Below, piece by piece: positions 51,003-64,000 of a stretch of 64,000 nt of DNA. The stretch spans positions 160,001-224,000 of the forward strand of contig CAWCKW010000013.1 of the NCBI GenBank assembly GCA_963796285.1, read 5' to 3'. The notes beneath the pieces were generated by a model. It saw only the letters and a list, made by a program, of their open reading frames with translations, did no database searches and was not told where the DNA came from. The position numbers and the translations under genes were made by a program. Positions within the stretch are counted from its first letter, which is position 1, and each line of letters opens with the position of its first letter. The stretch is from Nitrospirota bacterium. Lineage in GTDB: Bacteria; Nitrospirota; UBA9217.

Positions 51003-53096
51003 TTACCTGGCCTTAACAGCCTCACCCTTTACTTTTGCAATAATCTGCTCTGAAATATTTTTCGGAACCTCTTCATAGTGCGCGAACTGCATGGTATACG
51101 TGGCCCTGCCCTGGGTCTTTGACCGGATATCGGTAGAATAACCGAACATCTCGGACAGCGGCACCTGCGCCGTGATCACCCTTCCCGCACCCCTCATGTT
51201 CATTCCCTGCACGCGGCCGCGACGGGAACTGAGGTCGCCGATGATGTCTCCCATATACTCTTCGGCGCAGACGACCTCAACTGCCATGATCGGCTCGAGT
51301 AACGCTGGAGAAGCCTTGTTTGCGCCTTCCTTAAAGGCCATGGAACCGGCGATCTTAAATGCCATTTCCGATGAGTCCACATCATGATAGGAACCGTCAA
51401 TGAGTGTAATCTTGATGTCAACCATGGGATAGCCGGCGATTACACCATTCTCCATTGCCTCTACGATGCCCTTCTGTATCGGCATGACGTATTCCTTGGG
51501 AACCGAGCCACCAACGGTCTTATTCACAAATTCAAAGCCTTTACCCGGCTCCTGCGGCTCAAGTTCGAGCACCGCATGTCCATATTGGCCGCGGCCGCCG
51601 GTTTGGCGTATATACTTTCCTTCCGCTGTTACCTTCTTACGGATCGTTTCACGATACGCCACTTGGGGCTTGCCCACATTCGCGTCTACTTTGAACTCAC
51701 GTAAGAGACGGTCGACGATGATTTCCAGATGAAGTTCTCCCATACCCGAGATGATGACCTGTCCGGTCTCCTGATCAGTCATCACGCGGAACGACGGGTC
51801 TTCCTGCATGAGTTTCTGGAGCGAGAAACCTAACTTTTCTTGGTCAGCCTTGGTCTTGGGCTCGATGGCCACGGAAATCACCGGCTCCGGGAAGATCATG
51901 GCTTCCAGGACAACAGGTTTGTTTTCATCGCAGAGGGTATGCCCGGTGAGCGTGCTCTTGAGACCCACAGCCGCGCAGATATCACCGGAATAGATCTGCT
52001 CGATCTCTTCTCGTTTGTTCGCGTGCATTTTGAGCAGTCTGCCGACCCGCTCCCTGGTACCCTTGGTAGAGTTGTAAACATACGATCCGGATGTCAGCGT
52101 GCCGGAATAGACCCGGATGAATGTAAGCTGACCTACAAAAGGATCAGTCATGATCTTGAATGCTATGCCCGCAAAGGGTTCGCTATCAGAGGCAGTGCGA
52201 ACCACTTCCTCACCCTTGGGTCCAATACCTTTGACCGGAGGGATGTCAAGCGGCGAGGGGAGGTAGTCCACTACCGCATCAAGCAAGAGCTGCACACCTT
52301 TATTCTTGAACGCCGAACCGCAAATGACCGGGAAGATGCTCATGGCAATCGTTCCTTTGCGAATTGCGGCCATGATCTCAGCATCCGTCGGCTTTTCTCC
52401 GTTCAGGAACTTTTCCATCACGATGTCGTCGGCGTCGGCGATCTTCTCAATCATTTTTTCCCGGTATTCCTGTGCCTTAGGCAGGAGGTCTGCCGGGATA
52501 TCTTCCACAATATATTTTGCGCCAAGCGTCTCGTCGTCGAACAATACAGCCTTCATTTTTACCAGGTCAATGCAGCCGCGGAACTTGTCTTCAGCGCCGA
52601 TGGGAAGCTGGATGGGCACTGCATTCGCGCCAAGCCGGTCGAACATTGACTGGACGCTCATGTAGAAGTCCGCACCGATGCGATCCATCTTGTTCATGAA
52701 AGCGATGCGCGGAACTTGATATTTGTCTGCCTGGCGCCACACCGTCTCGGACTGAGGTTCAACGCCGCTCACCGAGTCAAATGCTGCCACCGCACCATCA
52801 AGCACGCGGAGCGATCGCTCCACTTCAATAGTAAAGTCCACGTGGCCGGGAGTATCGATAATGTTGATGCGTTTGTCCCGCCAGAAGCAGGTCGTTGCAG
52901 CTGAGGTGATTGTAATGCCGCGCTCCTGCTCCTGAACCATCCAGTCCATGACCGCGGTACCATCGTGCACTTCGCCGATCTTATAGGAAACCCCGGTATA
53001 GTAAAGGATGCGCTCGGTCGTCGTCGTCTTACCTGCGTCGATGTGAGCCATAATACCGATGTTACGCGTGTTTTCGAGTGAATACTGCCTGGCCAA
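51003..53096 (-). CDS. fusA: Elongation factor G
   Basis: [19 protein letters not shown] and GMGELHL. Confidence 0.99.
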   Translation of the reverse strand: MARQYSLENTRNIGIMAHIDAGKTTTTERILYYTGVSYKIGEVHDGTAVMDWMVQEQERGITITSAATTCFWRDKRINIIDTPGHVDFTIEVERSLRVLDGAVAAFDSVSGVEPQSETVWRQADKYQVPRIAFMNKMDRIGADFYMSVQSMFDRLGANAVPIQLPIGAEDKFRGCIDLVKMKAVLFDDETLGAKYIVEDIPADLLPKAQEYREKMIEKIADADDIVMEKFLNGEKPTDAEIMAAIRKGTIAMSIFPVICGSAFKNKGVQLLLDAVVDYLPSPLDIPPVKGIGPKGEEVVRTASDSEPFAGIAFKIMTDPFVGQLTFIRVYSGTLTSGSYVYNSTKGTRERVGRLLKMHANKREEIEQIYSGDICAAVGLKSTLTGHTLCDENKPVVLEAMIFPEPVISVAIEPKTKADQEKLGFSLQKLMQEDPSFRVMTDQETGQVIISGMGELHLEIIVDRLLREFKVDANVGKPQVAYRETIRKKVTAEGKYIRQTGGRGQYGHAVLELEPQEPGKGFEFVNKTVGGSVPKEYVMPIQKGIVEAMENGVIAGYPMVDIKITLIDGSYHDVDSSEMAFKIAGSMAFKEGANKASPALLEPIMAVEVVCAEEYMGDIIGDLSSRRGRVQGMNMRGAGRVITAQVPLSEMFGYSTDIRSKTQGRATYTMQFAHYEEVPKNISEQIIAKVKGEAVKAR

Positions 53097-53124
53097 AACT
53101 TCCTCCGCTTCTCAATAAAAAAAC

Positions 53125-53595
53125 TTACCAGCGATAATGGGCGAACGCCTTGTTGGCATCTGCCATACGATGGATGTCTTCCTTCTTCTTTACTGCCGCG
53201 CCGGTATTGTTAGATGCATCGAGAATCTCTCCAGCCAGCTTGTCTACCATGGATTTTTCCGGCCGCTGAGACGCGTAGAGCCTGAGCCAGCGATAAGCGA
53301 GCGACATCCTGCGCGGCTGTTTCACTTCGATCGGCACCTGGTACGAGGCTCCACCTACCCGGCGCGACTTTACCTCCAGAGTAGGTTTTAAATTTTCTAT
53401 TGCCTTCTTAAAAATTGCAATCGGATCGCCGTTGGTCTTCTGCTGAATTCGGTCTAGCGCCTTGTAGCAAATAGCTTCTGCTGTGCTTTTCTTGCCCTTG
53501 CGCATGAGCACGTTCACGAACTTCGCCAGCATCTGGCTGTGATATTTTGGATCGGGCAATGATTCTCTTTTTACAACAACACTTTTTCTCGGCAT
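53125..53595 (-). CDS. rpsG: 30S ribosomal protein S7
   Basis: [11 protein letters not shown] and [10 protein letters not shown]. Confidence 0.98.
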   Translation of the reverse strand: MPRKSVVVKRESLPDPKYHSQMLAKFVNVLMRKGKKSTAEAICYKALDRIQQKTNGDPIAIFKKAIENLKPTLEVKSRRVGGASYQVPIEVKQPRRMSLAYRWLRLYASQRPEKSMVDKLAGEILDASNNTGAAVKKKEDIHRMADANKAFAHYRW

Positions 53596-53659
53596 ATTAT
53601 GTTGTTCCTTCTCTTACGCATTTGGCGCCCTTCTGCGCGCCCATTGAACTATCCATCTG

Positions 53660-54031
53660 TTATTTGGGCTGCTTGGCCCCATACTTGGAACGGCCCTGCT
53701 TACGATTTGCGACCCCAACAGTGTCCAGTGTGCCTCTCACGATGTGATAGCGCACGCCCGGGAGATCCTTCACTCTTCCGCCGCGGATGAGCACGATGGA
53801 GTGTTCCTGCAGGTTATGTCCTACTCCAGGAATGTAAGTGGTCACTTCCATCCCGTTCGTAAGCCTGACCCTCGCGACCTTCCGGAGAGCCGAGTTCGGC
53901 TTCTTCGGGGTCGTGGTATACACCCTGATGCAAACACCCCTCTTCTGAGGGCAGCTCCTAAGAGCGGGACTCTTGGTCTTTGTGGCAGCTAGTGTTCTGC
54001 CATTTCTCACAAGTTGACTAATGGTAGGCAC
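53660..54031 (-). CDS. rpsL: 30S ribosomal protein S12
   Basis: [10 protein letters not shown] and [11 protein letters not shown]. Confidence 0.99.
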   Translation of the reverse strand: MPTISQLVRNGRTLAATKTKSPALRSCPQKRGVCIRVYTTTPKKPNSALRKVARVRLTNGMEVTTYIPGVGHNLQEHSIVLIRGGRVKDLPGVRYHIVRGTLDTVGVANRKQGRSKYGAKQPK

Positions 54032-54095
54032 AAGAATTACTCCTTAAAATCACGGGGATAGCATGTTTTTAAAAACATTGAGTCAAAACCTGATG

Positions 54096-54124
54096 ATTAT
54101 ACTGACACTTGACCATATTGTCAA
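54096..54124 (-). promoter_or_regulatory. Consensus sigma70 promoter of the str operon
   Basis: TTGACA-17-TATAAT upstream of rpsL. Confidence 0.85.
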
Positions 54125-54237
54125 GGGTTTTTTTAACTGCAGCATTTTAAGTTTACCTGCATGCTCGATAATGCTGAAAAATGCTGTCCGCCTCAAACTC
54201 CGCCGTCAACATCCTGTCTTAAAAATCCAAGTCAGCC

Positions 54238-58371
<4,134 letters not shown>

Positions 58372-58389
58372 AGTGGGCCTCCCTTAAAA

Positions 58390-58505
58390 ACAAACTACAA
58401 ATCCAAAGCATCAAATCCTAGATAAATCCAAAACTTTATCAATCAAAATTCAAAACGTTTTATCCATTTTAAAAAATGATGGTATTTAGAATTTCGGATT
58501 TAGAA
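58390..58505. repeat. Periodic inverted-repeat element (7-bp AAATCCN/ATTTNGR units) between rpoB and rpoC
   Basis: aaatcca aagcatc aaatcct..aatcca..aaaattc ... atttaga atttcgg atttaga. Confidence 0.6.
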
Positions 58506-58513
58506 CGTCCGCA

Positions 58514-62506
<3,993 letters not shown>

Positions 62507-62529
62507 TATCGCACCCCTCTTGCAGCATT

Positions 62530-62618
62530 AAAATGCAAAATAAAAAATGCAACCGGTAAAAAACGCTGAATCCAAATGCAACCATTTCCATTGTTCACTT
62601 TGCACTTCATTTTAACTT
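62530..62618. repeat. Periodic inverted-repeat element (7-bp AAAATGC/TTTGCAC-like units)
   Basis: aaaatgc aaaataa aaaatgc ... attgttc actttgc acttcat tttaact. Confidence 0.5.
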
Positions 62619-62656
62619 AGATTTCTGCCGTCTCCGCAAGCCCTATCCAAAAACGC

Positions 62657-62701
62657 AAAAAGTCCTTTGCCCTCCGGACCGATGCCGGAGGGCAAGGACT
62701 T
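62657..62701 (-). terminator. Terminator/attenuator between rplL and rpoB
   Basis: AGTCCTTGCCCTCCGG-loop-CCGGAGGGCAAAGGACT followed by a U run on the minus strand. Confidence 0.85.
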
Positions 62702-62724
62702 GGCTAATGAAGCTAGTTTGTATC

Positions 62725-63093
62725 TTACTTTACCTCGACGGTCGCCCCTGCTTCGGTGAGCTTCTTCTTCATAGTCTCTGCCTCTTCCTTGGCGACTCCG
62801 GTCTTCACCGGCTTGGGCGCACCTTCCACCAGATCCTTTGCTTCCTTGAGGCCGAGTCCCGTAAGTTCGCGCACGACCTTGATCACGTTGATCTTCTGCG
62901 CACCAGCACCGGCAAGGATCACGTCAAATGCCGTCTTCTCTTCCGCAGCTGCAGCGGGCGCTCCTGCTGCCGCCGCTGCTACGGGCGCTGCTGCTGATAC
63001 TCCCCATTTCTCCTCCAGCATCTTGCTTAACTCCGCTGCTTCAAGAACGGTCAAGCCGCTCAACTCATCAACCAATTTTGCTAAATCCGCCAT
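62725..63093 (-). CDS. rplL: 50S ribosomal protein L7/L12
   Basis: Ala-rich hinge; KINVIKVVR and [10 protein letters not shown]. Confidence 0.98.
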   Translation of the reverse strand: MADLAKLVDELSGLTVLEAAELSKMLEEKWGVSAAAPVAAAAAGAPAAAAEEKTAFDVILAGAGAQKINVIKVVRELTGLGLKEAKDLVEGAPKPVKTGVAKEEAETMKKKLTEAGATVEVK

Positions 63094-63166
63094 GTTTCAA
63101 TATCCTCCTGATAGTGTATGAACTTTTTTAAATTCGCCCCCCTAACGGGGTGCGTTTTAATGCCTG

Positions 63167-63680
63167 TTAACCCTTGTCTGCCTTTGCCTTCATGACCCTG
63201 GCAAGCTGGCCCGCCGGGGCTACTAATATACGGGCGATCTTTGATGCGGGCGCCTGGAGAAGACCTGCGAGCTTCCCACGGAGCGCGTTGAGAGACGGCA
63301 AGGATGCCAACGCCTTGATATCCGCCTGCTTGAGCAGTTTACCGTCCAGCACACCTACTTTGAGTTCAAGCTTTGACTGTAGTTTATTGAAATCGAAGAG
63401 CACCTTGGCTGGGGCCACGACATCATCAAATCCAAGCGCAATCCCTACGGGACCGACAAAATAGTCTTTGAGCGGTTCAAGACTGGTGCCTTCCACTGCT
63501 TTCTTGGCCAAGCGTGTTTTTTACGACCCGGTATTCTACCTTTGATGTTCGCAGCTTCGCACGAAGGTCCGTGATCTGCTCTACGTTAATTCCGGTGTAC
63601 CCGGTGATGATGGCGGTCTTGGCACGAGCAAACTTCTCATGCAACTCGTCAATTGCTTCCTTTTTTTCCTGCTTATTCAC
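63167..63680 (-). CDS. rplJ: 50S ribosomal protein L10, one-base frameshift near 63507
   Basis: (M)NKQEKK..YRVVKNTL, extra base, then AKKAVEG..LASLPS; GTG at 63680 after AGGAGG. Confidence 0.93.
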
Positions 63681-63764
63681 ACGATCCTCCTTTCTTTCAA
63701 GAATTCCCGATGACCAGCCCAGGATTCTCAAAAGAAAGTGATGGGATCCAACACATTCTTTTTA

Positions 63765-63850
63765 CCCGGGTCTCGGCAGGCCCCAGTACGGGATTAAGCC
63801 AAAGGGGATGTGTATCAAATCCCTTTCGGTACCTGCTGTCTCGGACCGCA
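63765..63850 (-). ncRNA. Ribosomal protein L10 leader (autoregulatory RNA)
   Basis: GTCCGAGACAGCAGG...CTTAAT...CCTGCCGAGACC upstream of rplJ matches the L10-leader layout. Confidence 0.8.
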
Positions 63851-63886
63851 CCCCTCTTTTTCAGGGGCCGACCTTTATCCTATTAC

Positions 63887-63968
63887 GATGCAAAATGAAA
63901 ATTTTAAATCGCAAAGTGCAAAATTGAAACCGTTATCGCATCCATTTTGCATTTTGCCTTATTTTTTC
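63887..63968. repeat. Periodic inverted-repeat element (7-bp AAAATGC/ATTTTGC units)
   Basis: gc aaaatga aaatttt aaatcgc aaagtgc aaaattg ... attttgc attttgc. Confidence 0.6.
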
Positions 63969-63970
63969 TT

Positions 63971-64000
63971 TTACCCTGCTATCTTCTCGATCGCAGCCGT
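63971..64000 (-). CDS. rplA: 3' end of probable 50S ribosomal protein L1
   Basis: Reads ...TAAIEKIAG-stop; assignment rests mainly on position upstream of the L10 leader. Confidence 0.6.
   Translation of the reverse strand, partial: TAAIEKIAG

Noticed and set aside
53596-53659. S7 autoregulatory RNA between rpsL and rpsG
   Set aside because: Only a 5-bp GGCGC/GCGCC hairpin is visible, too little to call.

Overview
Bacterial chromosome segment from a Gram-negative organism of moderately high GC content. The gene content (futalosine menaquinone genes, fchA plus folD, a beta-prime SI3 insertion, a Geobacter/Nitrospirota-like porin) suggests Nitrospirota or a delta-proteobacteria-like lineage; this is an inference. 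Region 1-9.5 kb is a minus-strand surface-glycosylation cluster, partly AT-rich, with methyltransferases, a DegT aminotransferase, GNAT, GT4, GT2 and GT-C genes. Region 9.6-34.4 kb holds housekeeping and accessory genes: namZ-murU-amgK-like peptidoglycan recycling, a CC-adding-type tRNA nucleotidyltransferase, a degenerate DUF4145/HEPN protein, aroCKB, mqnBD, lemA-htpX, a moaD-moaE fusion, a Cys-rich MerR regulator, ccdA, fchA-folD, a porin, a REC-GAF-HD-GYP regulator and a decayed kinase. Region 34.5-64 kb is the contiguous rplA(end)-rplJL-rpoBC-str-S10-spc-alpha superoperon on the minus strand, with no adk. Many single-base frameshifts, including one in essential rplJ, point to sequencing or assembly indels. 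The most unusual signal is about a dozen intergenic elements sharing one architecture (7-9 bp tandem units, AT-rich spacer, reverse-complement units) but built from different unit sequences. No tRNA, rRNA, CRISPR array or intact transposase was recognised.
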